Positions 12,430-24,571 of a DNA stretch of 64,000 nt are shown one piece after another. Under the pieces are notes generated by a model. The model worked only from the letters and a program-made list of their open reading frames with translations, did not search any database and was not told the DNA's origin. The DNA lies in the NCBI GenBank assembly GCA_040437565.1, contig JBDOQK010000003.1, positions 868,001-932,000 of the forward strand, read 5' to 3'. A program made the position numbers and the translations under genes. The first letter of the stretch is position 1, and each line of letters begins with the position of its first letter. This stretch comes from Albugo candida. Its lineage: Eukaryota.

Positions 12430-15400
12430 CATGCATGAGGAGTTATCCAATCTATCAAGGAGTTTCTTCTCTTTTTGTGCGCTGAAATAGTCGCCGAAAG
12501 TGCTCTCATAAGAACGCTAGCCCAAGTAATGAAATTTGTACACTCAAAAGATATTTCAGCATCAGCCGACTAAATATGCATGATTATTGAGCGGCCAAAA
12601 CAGCGCTTCTTCGATGCTTACAGCTGAGCGATTTGAATAGCTTGAAAAAGTAAGAATGCGAATAATGCTGGATGTTCTGCAACATAACGTCCGCAGCGAG
12701 GTTTTGTGCATGTTTCTAAAGCGTATGACACTTTAAAGCTATCCAGAGCATCCGTGCAATTGTCAGTTACCTAGAGTAGCTATACCTGTTGGTGCACGCA
12801 TCCGGGCTAAACATCTGCAAGAAACTTCGCGTTATAAGCGTTTGACCATGAGAACCATAACGGAAGCCTTTTGTACTCTCTCATCGAGTGGATGCTCAAT
12901 GCACCTTAATATCGAATTGGGACACAGCAAACGAAAAATGCCTCGAAGAAGCCGCTTCGCTGCGATGTGGCTGCTGGATGTGGATACTGCTTTTTGAGAA
13001 CGGTATATTTATGCTGGACGTAGTGGAACTTTCGAAAGTACTTTGTATGCGCTCAGTCTAGATCCCATCCAATGTCTTAAAGACCCACATTATCGCATTC
13101 GACCTCAATCTGATACTGATACGAATTGCTGTACTGATCAAAGTGCCTTAAATGGTGAAACATACGTTTCTGTACAAGTAGATCGTTGTGCAATGAATTT
13201 GCCCAGGACACCGCGGTCAGGAAAGCCACAAGGCGTTGGATTTGACAATGAAAACTGAGCTAACTGTGGGGGAATATATGAAGAGTGAGGCATAAGCTTA
13301 TGTTACATTTCATTTGTCGTACATTTGCTCTCACCACAATCAAGACATTAGCGCATTCTACGCATTGAATTGTGTGACGGAAGATGCATTCGGCGTATAC
13401 AGCCACCTAACCAACGCTCCGGAAATCATCTAAATGTTTGTAGAACTAAACGCACTTTGATGAATTGCTACATGAAAAGAAATGGGATCACCCGATCTTA
13501 TCAATATGGTGGAGCTTGGACCAGGAAATGAAGGTCTCAAGTCCGGTTCTGCGTTCATCCCAATCATTTCCATGTTTCCATAGTGCGTTAAAAATTCACA
13601 TGGTTGAGATCAGTGCTGCAAGCGCGATGGATTCTGAATATATTCGCATACAATATGTCTGATGTAGTTCTCTAGCGCTTGAGAAGATACAAAACGAGAT
13701 GCTCAAAGGTGTTGTTGAGATAGATCTCTACAATGGCACACTAGTCTCAATGATGTGCCTGAAAAACCTCTTCTTGTAATTGCTGAGGTAAGTAACTTGT
13801 TTCCGTTATTTTCATGATGAATTGAATCAGCTTCATCCTCAGGAGTTTTTGATGCAACGCCTATGCATTTATCCGAATCTCCAGAACGGGATATTCCGCG
13901 AATTTGCGTTGATCAATTCACATCGCAATTCTCTCCAGGGCTAGTGTGAATGATTAATTGACCCTCAGGATGATAGCGGGAACCAGCTCTTCCGATTCGT
14001 GCCATCGTTAGGTCCAACTACGCTGCCAGAATCTTCAGCGACCGTCAAAATTACTGGGATCCGAATCGATCTGCCTCATCTGATGAGCAGAAGCTTGTGA
14101 TACTGAAGCATATCGGAGGTTGACTCGATACTCATCTGGCAGCATGAGAATTATGCAAGAAGTAGTCGAGAGGGTTTCAGCGAGTCGTGACGCTAGTGTG
14201 ATTGTCGATTCTGGCCATGATCATCCTCTTGTATTGATTCAGTAAGTGCTCACAACGTTGGATCATTCTTCTGTCCGTGACGTTTTTTCTTTTCGTAGAG
14301 CGCGAACGTGGCGGCTTGCAATTTTGCTTGAATTTTGTGTCAGACTTAGCAGCTCAAGAGCTTTATTCGCGTACAAATAGCTGGCGATCAGATAGGTACA
14401 ATTTTCAGGGCGGTGGTGACTCATCACTGAGCTATCAACAACATTGTCGGTTTCAAATGTGTTGACTAATGGATGTACATCAATTCTCCAACCGTGTTTA
14501 GTGAGCTTCGAGCTCATGCTAGTCAATTACTCAGATCTGATGCTGTCGTCCATGGTTTATCTCATCAAAATCTACAGAGCGATCTCAGGATGTTGTATAA
14601 TCGTGGTCATGCCTGTTTGATATTGTGAGTGGTCGTGTAGTGCATCAGCAATGACTTATAATCAAAGGCCACACACCAAAGCAAAAGTCAACAGTATGGT
14701 TTATTCCTTTCATCAACAACGCTCGAATGCGTATCAGATTGCACGAAAGTACAAGTGTTCTGCAACGTTGTTCTTCGAATAGCCATTTNNNNNNNNNNNN
14801 NNNNNNNNNNNNNNNNNNNNNNNNNNNNNNNNNNNNNNNNNNNNNNNNNNNNNNNNNNNNNNNNNNNNNNNNNNNNNNNNNNNNNNNNATACTGAAGCAT
14901 ATCGGAGGTTGACTCGATACTCATCTGGCAGCATGAGAATTATGCAAGAAGTAGTCGAGAGGGTTTCAGCGAGTCGTGACGCTAGTGTGATTGTCGATTC
15001 TGGCCATGATCATCCTCTTGTATTGATTCAGTAAGTGCTCACAACGTTGGATCATTCTTCTGTCCGTGACGTTTTTTCTTTTCGTAGAGCGCGAACGTGG
15101 CGGCTTGCAATTTTGCTTGAATTTTGTGTCAGACTTAGCAGCTCAAGAGCTTTATTCGCGTACAAATAGCTGGCGATCAGATAGGTACAATTTTCAGGGC
15201 GGTGGTGACTCATCACTGAGCTATCAACAACATTGTCGGTTTCAAATGTGTTGACTAATGGATGTACATCAATTCTCCAACCGTGTTTAGTGAGCTTCGA
15301 GCTCATGCTAGTCAATTACTCAGATCTGATGCTGTCGTCCATGGTTTATCTCATCAAAATCTACAGAGCGATCTCAGGATGTTGTATAATCGTGGTCATG

Positions 15401-17149
15401 CCTGTTTGATATTGTGAGTGGTCGTGTAGTGCATCAGCAATGACTTATAATCAAAGGCCACACACCAAAGCAAAAGTCAACAGTATGGTTTATTCCTTTC
15501 ATCAACAACGCTCGAATGCGTATCAGATTGCACGAAAGTACAAGTGTTCTGCAACGTTGTTCTTCGAATAGCCATTTAGAACTACCTCCAAATGCCTGGG
15601 GCCTCTCCCAAGACTTGCATTTTCTGATCGAGAAGCAGCACTGATGCATCCGAATTGTTTGTGTCACATAAGAGATAATAGTTCGTCGTTTAATGGTATA
15701 TCGAAAGCAATTTGATACGTTTGCGGTGGATAAACCCCCAATATCACTAAAATGTTGGGACGTATTAGTGAGCTCTACTGCGATCAGTCGTTCGTACAAT
15801 CGATATTCAAGCTCATGACAGCCAGTAATACAATAAATTCAGATGGATGAATGCGATATTACAAAAAGTATGCCAGCGCATTGTGGGCCAACAGGTTTTT
15901 CTTAGGGATAAAGTCAAACAGCGATTAAAATGCAAGCCGTACAACGCATGGATCAAATTTCAGAGTTGCAGATGAAGATTTAAGCCTTCTAATCCGATGG
16001 AATGTCGTGAATATCTGCAGGATCTTCTCCAGCTTCATTGGAAAATTGTACAAACGAATGGTAATGCCGACACTAAAAGCAGTATTGATGTCATCCAATT
16101 GTCTACAAGCGTGTTCGGTTGTGAGCTGTACAAAACAATACACGACTCAAAATCCACCATGGTGAGGCAAAAAGCCATGCTTTCCAACGGCCAAGTAGGA
16201 CTTCGTGATGAAGTGATTGCTCGAGCTCAGTATACCATATCTCAATTTCTCGGCATGCCACCCCATTCGTGGAATGTTCATCGACTTGTGACTCACTCTG
16301 CTGCAGCGAGTTGTTCTACAGCTACTGAGGCAGTCGGCAAGTGACTTAGAAGCATGGAGCGAAGATTCCGAGTCTTACTTACACATCTCAAAAAGCCTCA
16401 CTCTAAGAAGAACCCATCCGTGTCGCTTCCGAGAGTCTGTTTCTGGACATGCTATAGTAATGCCAGGCAATTTGCTGCTAGGTACCAGCTAATCCTCTGC
16501 ATGGAGAACTATACTTATTTGCTTGAAGCGAATTTCCCCCACAAAATCATCGTGATTACGAGCACGGTCCGATCATGCTTGTAATGGTTGAGGAATACCT
16601 CACGCGAAATGGCACTCAGTGATTCCGGGACGTCGATCATGCTCCCAATTTGTGCTTTTCGATCACAAGAATGATCTATAATGTGAATAATCGGGTTTCT
16701 ATCACTCGTTGGAACGAATGCTGGAGCGTTTACAAAAGGGAGGCGATATAGTACCTTCGTTTCTCAATGAAGCGATAGAGCCGATTCAACAATTATTGTT
16801 TGCTGTGTGAAATACGGCGAGAAGCACGAAGAAAGGAAGCCAAGTCCTGCCATCGTCTCCTATCTCCAAGTGATTGCCTTTTTGGGTATGTTCATGCACC
16901 ACTTCGGCTGGGAGTACGTTAGCGTCTTCGTGAAGGGATACAAGAGTGTTGACTGAGCTGATGGACTTGATGCTGAGTGAATTTCCCAGCAGACAAACGC
17001 AATACATGGAAACGGATTCAGTATCTGTCTGGTGTCCTTATGAACTTCGAAGAAAGCTATCAGCGTCAGACATGGCTCTAGTAGCACGGAGCACACCGGG
17101 TAGTGAGGATCCGAATTGGAAAAATGAGCGAATATTGATTCAAGAATAA
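12430..17149 (+). pseudogene. Possible decayed large protein-coding gene of unknown family
   Basis: Protein-like plus-strand fragments (e.g. GVIQSIKEFLLFLCAEIVAESALIRTLAQVMKF; ORFs 15997..16344 and 16946..17149) broken by stops and frameshifts, plus a residual gtaagt..ctcag intron-like unit at ~13788-13842. Confidence 0.3.
14889..15577. repeat. Duplicate of 14100-14788 across the N-gap; probable assembly artefact
   Basis: Apparently identical sequence flanks the gap at 14789-14888. Confidence 0.85.
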
Positions 17150-18503
17150 AAGAGACGGAATCGATGCACTACGATGATCATCCATACCGACAGTTTAGAT
17201 AGGAAAATGACATCCAAGTGAAAATTTTCGAAGAAGTCGAAAGGACACGCGATTTGAGTTTATAACACATCTGAAGAATCGAGTGAAGGACGCGTGGTTC
17301 ACGACACGGTATATCACGGTAATGGCTTGATAACCTGCCTTCTGATTTGACAATATCTGACAGATTCGTTAGTAAAGGTCACCTCCATTAGAGCACTCCT
17401 AAATAAGCTACATACTTCTCATTACATTGCGTGAAAGATATAAAAACTACAAACTTCTTAGTTGCTGAATACTTGGTTACATGCTATATAGTTGCCGACA
17501 ACCGGTCCAACTCAACGCAGATTAACTTGGAAAAGACGCAGTACCAACTGGTAGCGTGGCGAACGCTACGTCGCTGATGAATGCTGCAGCCACGGCAAAA
17601 GAGGAACAACATATTTGACTTGTTATATTGTTACAGCCACTGCATCCTTATATTGCCACAATCATAGAGACGTGCAAAGATGTTTGTTGCTGGAAAGATG
17701 AAAGAATAGAAACAGTAGAAGCATGTATTATCTCAATTATTTAGCGGATGTCTTTGGCGACATATGATCCAGTGGCACCGCCATTCCCATGTCACCAATA
17801 AGTGTGCATTATATGATATCCTAAGCAGTAACTAGCATGAATAGCATGGACACTTTGATCGTCATTGTAAATAAGGAAAGAAGGAGAGACCAGGACTGTA
17901 TTTTAGTAACTAGTAGAGTACGTGCTGGAGTTATAGTTGAGTATTAGGGAATCGCGTGGGAGGTTAGTATAAATCCCAGGGAAACGCGTGGAATGTATTT
18001 GAATACCAAAAAAGACGTGTGGGATTATATTATGAATCTCAGGAAAATGTTAGGGAATCTGTTAGGTGTGTGAGAAGAGCGGGTGGATTAGAAGCCTTAG
18101 GGAAACGTGTAGGATTTTATCGGGAAACCAAGGGAATCAGGATCAGAAATTCTTGACGAAGCTTCAACTTCCCGCTCGAGTCATGCTTTCACCACATCAT
18201 TTGACTCGTTTTTTTGCATCCTTGATAAGCCCTTTTCATGCAGTGAAGATTGAGCAAAGCAGCACAAACGTCATGTTTCCGTTTCCTGCCTTGGATTTTT
18301 GACCTGGTTAAGGTTCAGCATACCTAACTTTGTCCTGATATAATAAAATTAAATAGGTTTTCTGTAGTTGCTTCGTTAGGCTCGAAATCGTTTTAACCAT
18401 GGAACACCCTCGCAAGTAGCACACTCACATCCTCCGGGTAACCTAGTGCTCATTATTCGATTCGCTTTCGATTAAACGTTTCTGACTGGACGAAGTGGGA
18501 AAA

Positions 18504-19391
18504 ATGAAACTTGTTGCTTTTCAGTTGAAAGGGATCCTCGCATTCATGATGATCAATTCGAGTCGGCAGATGGATGAGAGCGTAGACCCAATCAAGAGAG
18601 AAAATGCCTTTCTTCTTCTCGAGGCGGAGTTCGTAGTACGCGCTGGTACATTCATCGAAGATCCGAAAATACTCAACTCGGATCAATATAAACTAGCTTC
18701 CGAGATCTATGGTTCGAAACCACTTCTTTCAAAGGAAAATTTTCAATTAGCGTCTGTGGTGCATGGTTGGTTGGTGGAACGTCTGCCGGATCCTGATGGT
18801 AAAAGCAGTTCTTGTAATGCTGATCTATCTAATAAATAACCTTGTTTTGGCGTGTGGGCGTCCATAGGCACGACCGAAACTCAAAAAGATGTAATGATGG
18901 ATTTTTTAAAACACATACTTCATGAACTGAAACCATCGGAAAGTCTATCCAGGTTCGTATATAGCGATGAGACTTCCACTTCTGCGTCCACTGGAAAGAA
19001 GACTCAGTCACAACCAAAATATATAGTCGACGGGGCTCATTTAATCCGCAATTATGCAAAAAAGCGCGATGCTAAATTATTACGTGAAAATGAGACCCCT
19101 ATTGAACAAGGTCAACACACGGCACTGGAACAGCCATCGGGTGGGAAGCATACGGCTGCAAGGAATGGAAAAGCCAGCACCAGCAGTACAAATAAAGGAA
19201 AAATGTTGTGGGAAAGCCATCCACCGATCAAGACAAGCAGCAGGATGAGCTCGCAACACCTTCGAAGCGATCGGATGGGCCATCTGCGACTAGAAGCAAG
19301 AATACCAACTCCAACAGGAAAAACAAGGGGAACAAAAAGAAGAACTGGCGACACTAAGTCCAAAAAGAGTTCTTTCGGTCCAAGTCGGTAG
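18504..19391 (+). pseudogene. Secreted/effector-like gene interrupted by one in-frame TAA
   Basis: ATG at 18504 starts a signal-peptide-like MKLVAFQLKGILAFMMINSS. ORFs 18495..18839 and 18852..19391 are in the same frame with a single stop (TAA 18837-18839) between them. Basic C-terminus. Confidence 0.55.
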
Positions 19392-19947
19392 CACGGAAGA
19401 AATAATCACCATCAAATATATTCCCTTTTTTAACGAATATACGCTTCCTTCAATCAGTGCGAGGCACAATACAACCTTCTATAATGGTTTCTCTAGTCCA
19501 AAGCTTTGCTTTGGAATTCTAGTCTCAATGTAGAGACACCGCCTCATACAATGGCAATTGCTATATTATCGCCGCTAGTTTCAATCAATAGCTCCCTTCA
19601 CAACAGGCCATACTTTCTCGTATCAGCGTGACTATCTCTTCTTACATGTCCTCTTTTAGCTCCATTTCCTTCCGAAAAGACGATTCTTCATCTGCTACCT
19701 CTACGCGTCGAAGAGGCATCAGTGCACCGCGAAGAGAAGCTGTGAGACAACGCTATAAAATGGGAACTCGGGTGCATACATTATCGACGGGTAATGTTCT
19801 ACTTCGCGTATATAACAAAGGGATATATTAGGGGCTCGCTACACCCANNNNNNNNNNNNNNNNNNNNNNNNNNNNNNNNNNNNNNNNNNNNNNNNNNNNN
19901 NNNNNNNNNNNNNNNNNNNNNNNNNNNNNNNNNNNNNNNNNNNNNNN

Positions 19948-21301
19948 TTCTGGTAAGAAATGATACTGCGATTCGGGCTGACCATTTATCTAGAGCGCTA
20001 CAGAACGCACTCAGAAAAAGATAGATGACATTGAACGTCAGGTGTAAATACCTTCGAATAAATCCCCCTAATTCTGCATGAGCGCTCGCACCCCAGCCAG
20101 TCTGAAAAATAGCCATTCCAAATCGATTCGGAACACACTATGAGGGGATTTCCTGATTCGGTAGAGAAATAATCAGGTCAAAACAGAATGAGAATTTTGA
20201 ATTTGTAAGAAGTCGCATGGTGCACTGTATATGCCTCTGTGCATTCCTATTGAACGTACAGGTCTGGATGATCTTCAAGATTTTGTCTAACAGGCAGTGA
20301 ATGATGCACCAGTGGTACATCGACCTGCTTTAAGTTATCGGCATCGCCCACTCCAAGCAGCAGTAAGAGTTGAGGTGTGTTGATCGCACCACCAGAGAGA
20401 ATGATCTACAAATATTGAGATCAAAGAATTGATGTCTGACAAACATTTGTATTCTAGAATCAAGTTACCTCCTTATTGGCTCGGAATTTGGTCTGGCAAT
20501 GCGTTCGATTGTATTTAACATGGACTCCAGTGGTTCTGCGACCTTGAAACTCGATTGTCGAGGTCATTATATTGGTGATGACTTTCAAATTTGGACGTTT
20601 GATAGTAGCAAAAAGGTACGCGTGTGCAGTGCTCCATCGACGTCCTTTGTGAATGTCATTTCCATCCACCCAAATGCTTCTTGCTGATACCCATTCATGT
20701 CGTCTATGAAAGGATGACCAGCTTGCATCACCTCAATGAACCTTTGGAATAAGATCTGATGCTTCTGATGATTCCCCGTGTGACATGTAAAGGACCTGAT
20801 CCTCCACGATACGGATTTGTACCTAGAGAAATTGATTGTGATTTACGGAAGTGCGGTAAACAATCACCATACATCCATCCTGTTGCCATTGTTATATCGT
20901 TTGCATGACCTCGAATGTACACCATTGCATTGATAGATGACGAACCGCTGAGCACGCATCCGAGGCCACGATAGTCTACCAATGTTCAGAAGTCTTTGCA
21001 CTTGTGTGTTGTAGCACCAATTTTATTTATCATTAGCCAAATTGTACGTCAATGCGGCCGACATCCGAGTTTTCCACGAATCGCACTGATGAATATCACT
21101 CAAACCGGCTTTCACTAATAAAACTATGTTTGTCCGTCTTCAGTGAGTCGATTGGCAAGAACACATCCTGCAGATCCACTACCAATAATGATGTAGTCAT
21201 ATTCAGCCTTTGTAGAAATGAATCGAGACGATGCGACTGAGTTTCGTAGCGGAATCCTGTCGCATTCAGTCAATATGAAGCGAGGAGTGAAAAGTCCTCA
21301 T
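19948..21301 (-). pseudogene. CHDH: Choline dehydrogenase (GMC oxidoreductase) pseudogene
   Basis: YDYIIIGSGSAGCVLANRLTEDGQT* (in-frame stop), [60 protein letters not shown] and NLEDH lie in different frames. Runs into the N-gap. Confidence 0.88.
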
Positions 21302-21512
21302 CGAGACGGGTTGGAGCAAATAAAACAGAATGTTGCATGCATGATCAGTTGATGAATTATGCAACCTTCAGAATGCGGCTGTCACGTTTCCCTGTTGTGT
21401 TAGGACGAAACCGGTATCGATAAAGACATCGGATTCGATCACATGATCAACGGCTTCAACTCGACATTATTGATATACACATCGCCACCGAGGATCGAAC
21501 GTCTTGCATCCG

Positions 21513-23000
21513 CTACATCAAAACGGAAGTACGGATAGCACAACAGATTTGGAGCAAATCTTTCGATCTACATATCCCTGTGGCTACCATTAGACCGACC
21601 AATTGCTGCTTAACGCTTATCTCATGTCGTTTTATATGAACTGAAGCATCTCGATTGCAACTGGCAAAAATTCCCACTGAAAAGAGCATTTGTAGCACCT
21701 TTAGATTTGTCCAATCCGCCTATCCGCGTAACATTCTCCGCGAACATCTTTTGAGCCAATTGTGCCTCTGGCATTTGAATGCTCCAAGCAGATTCGTCGA
21801 ATTTCATCCAGCCCCATTGAAGTCAAGCATGTCAAATTATTCTCCACGTCGCAATCTTGCACTCTGAGAAAATAAATAAGAATTTGAGTGCAAGACTTGT
21901 TGATGTTGGCGTTTGCATACAAAAGATGTCCTCTTGGACTTTAGCCACAATGCATTTCCAGCCGATTTGACATACAATACACCATAGATGGTCTTGGACA
22001 ACGGTAATGTCAGTCCAAATGCTTCCTATTGACCAAGGTTCATCCCTTTTCACATACAAAAGCATCACATTTTTCACCTCTTTTGTCGATTTCTTGATCA
22101 AATCGCATCCACCAACAATATTACCAACTGATCACTGCCTCCTAACTGCGCATTGCGGCCATACTGCTTGAATAGATGAAGAAAATCGTACGCCTAACGT
22201 AGACGCAATCAGCTTTCATGTTATCTTTCAATTCATAACAGACTTGAAAAAGCTTATACGAGGACTCCAGTAAGCTGATTCCATCTTTTAATTCAGATGT
22301 TTCAGTCCAGCCTCAGCTCGTGATATTCGTGATCACAGAAGCAATACACGTAACAATGCAAGCGTGATTGATCTCCGTTTCGACGTCAAAAGCATTCCAA
22401 AATCGATACTGAAGATGCTCGTTTCAAACGCATACATTTGACCACAGCAAATACGTCTCTTGTCAAAGTGATTTAGCAAAATTATTGGAATCTATTGCAA
22501 GGATCCGACGTAAAGCAGCGATTTTTTCCAACTTCACCGACTTGGTACGGTTAAAGGGTTTGTAGGACATGCAACGACCTCATTTGCTCTTTTTCAAGAA
22601 ACCATGTCGGTCTGTTGAAGCTCTTGCTCTTTACATCGTCAATTAGATTCTGACACTTTCTTCAAATTCCACCGCTTGATGAATTTGAGCTTACACCTAC
22701 AGCATCAGATCCCGATTTTGAGCCCAGTATTCCTACATTTGTTCTGTGCGATTTTCTTTGCTGTTTCTCCATCATCTTCATCGCTCTTCCTTAGTTTGCA
22801 TCCCATTCAGAAAAGCTCTTCAATTCTTGTAGTTGTAGCAAGAGTTTTTGACTGGCGGGATTGTCCTTCACGGCACGATGACCTCGGCTAAAAATGTAGG
22901 TTTTTCTTGTGCTTCTTCAAGTGAATCAAGTCTTTCTCGCGGATGCTCAACGTTTTTTCCCCTCTGTTGATGAAGCTGCTGGTACTCAATAAAAACAAAT
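21513..23000 (-). pseudogene. Decayed helical-protein gene of unknown family
   Basis: Long minus-strand frames with sparse stops (…QKLLLQLQELKSFSEWDAN*…; …LEKIAALRRILAIDSNNFAKSL*…; …ISLLESSYKLFQVCYEL…). Confidence 0.35.
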
Positions 23001-23267
23001 AACTTCCCACTAGCCATTGCATCGAGCAGTGGCTAACAGATTTACCACATAAGCAGAGAAAGAGAGAATTTCAATCTCAATTCTTACGATCACATGACTT
23101 ATCAGTATACTTCCAGGTCTGTGGTTGAAGTATCTTTTAGTCGCATCGCTTAAGATGTTGCAATACTTCGATTCTGTATCACAGGACTTTGTGAAACTAA
23201 TCGTTTCTCGATCAAATTGGCTGCAATTACTTTCACGTGATGACCATCCCACTACTCATTGAATATG

Positions 23268-24479
23268 TCACAATATGTTCCTTTTCCTCTCGTTTTCGGT
23301 CGCCAAATCTCTCCATTTCAGTATAATCTGGTCAAATTCCTGCTTCGTCTGATTGATTGTATCCAAATCTGAAATATAACGTTCTCGATGTGCCGCTTGC
23401 TCTATTACTGAAGTCCAACTCTCAAGCGTTGGTAAGAATCGTTTAAGAGTTTGTCGAATCCCATCCTCAAGCAAACCAAATAAAATTGCATTCTCCTTAT
23501 TCTTCTCAACTAATTTGCCAGTGTTAATAGATATACTGAGATGATAATCCGAGCTTCCAAGACCATACTCCTGCACCATGTCGTTCATATCCAGTGTCCC
23601 TGTACTTGTAATCTCTTTCTCTGCGTCTACATCTTCCCAAACAATTTCAGGATCATCGCTACCTTCCAAAGTGTGTGTGACATCTTTTAACAAAGGAGCA
23701 ATAGAATTCCCCTTTTTCAATAAAGGCGTTATCTCATCGGTATCGTTACAACTTGTTTCCGTGATATTGGGCAGTAAAATCGCAAAAACAGAATTTATCT
23801 GATCAATGACTAACCTCATTTCGGGAAGTAGTTCCTCCAATTCGCGTTCTACTTGAGCTAATTTCGCTTCCAAATACCGGCGATCATGTGCGTTCTGTTT
23901 CTGCCGAAGTAACTCCCTTTCCATCGAATTTGGAAAGATAAAAGCTTGGTCTACAAGATTTTGATATCCCACAATGAGCTGGGGGTGTCGGGTGCCAAAT
24001 TGGTCCTTCCACTTCTCAACCATTGCAAGAAAAGTCTGTAATTCGGGCGGCATTTTCATTCGAACTGAAGATGTCATGAGCTTCACAAGCATTGATACAG
24101 CGGGTACGCCGCTCAGTTGGCACACGCGATTCAATATCAGATTGTAAAACGAATGTAATTGCTCAACCATAAGTTTTCGAAAAATCGCAGAACGAGAAAA
24201 CAAAGCAATCGATAACTTGATGGTTCTGTTTATGAGAATACCGGCGTGTTTCTTATGTGCAATACGCAACAATCGAGTCATTATATCGATTATAATTTTG
24301 ATTAATTGAGAGTGCTCTGCTCGAGGTGCATTCTTTATCACTTTTATTATTGGTTGTAGAGGATCCACTGTCGGGGTAACTTCTGACGCTTTTTTCTTAA
24401 TGGACTTCCTCGTAGCTACTTTTGTAGTGTGGAGCTTGAAGTATTCCAGAACGTATTGGTTCAGCAACGTCGCGGTCAT
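23268..24479 (-). CDS. UVSSA: UV-stimulated scaffold protein A-like (VHS-like N-terminal domain), 403 aa
   Basis: ALFSRSAIFRKLMVEQL, VEKWKDQFG..HPQLIVGY and EMRLVIDQINSVFAILLP parallel my recollection of the UVSSA motifs ELFxRSHxFR, VExWNEKFG..YKKLALGY and CFRLLVP. Intronless ORF. Confidence 0.75.
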   Translation of the reverse strand: MTATLLNQYVLEYFKLHTTKVATRKSIKKKASEVTPTVDPLQPIIKVIKNAPRAEHSQLIKIIIDIMTRLLRIAHKKHAGILINRTIKLSIALFSRSAIFRKLMVEQLHSFYNLILNRVCQLSGVPAVSMLVKLMTSSVRMKMPPELQTFLAMVEKWKDQFGTRHPQLIVGYQNLVDQAFIFPNSMERELLRQKQNAHDRRYLEAKLAQVERELEELLPEMRLVIDQINSVFAILLPNITETSCNDTDEITPLLKKGNSIAPLLKDVTHTLEGSDDPEIVWEDVDAEKEITSTGTLDMNDMVQEYGLGSSDYHLSISINTGKLVEKNKENAILFGLLEDGIRQTLKRFLPTLESWTSVIEQAAHRERYISDLDTINQTKQEFDQIILKWRDLATENERKRNIL

Positions 24480-24571
24480 GTTTGAGAATCAACGAATCGA
24501 GCGAGAAAGATGTATAAATTTAGACAATACTTGCTGGTTGGATTGATGGTGCATTATAGCACCATGTAGGA

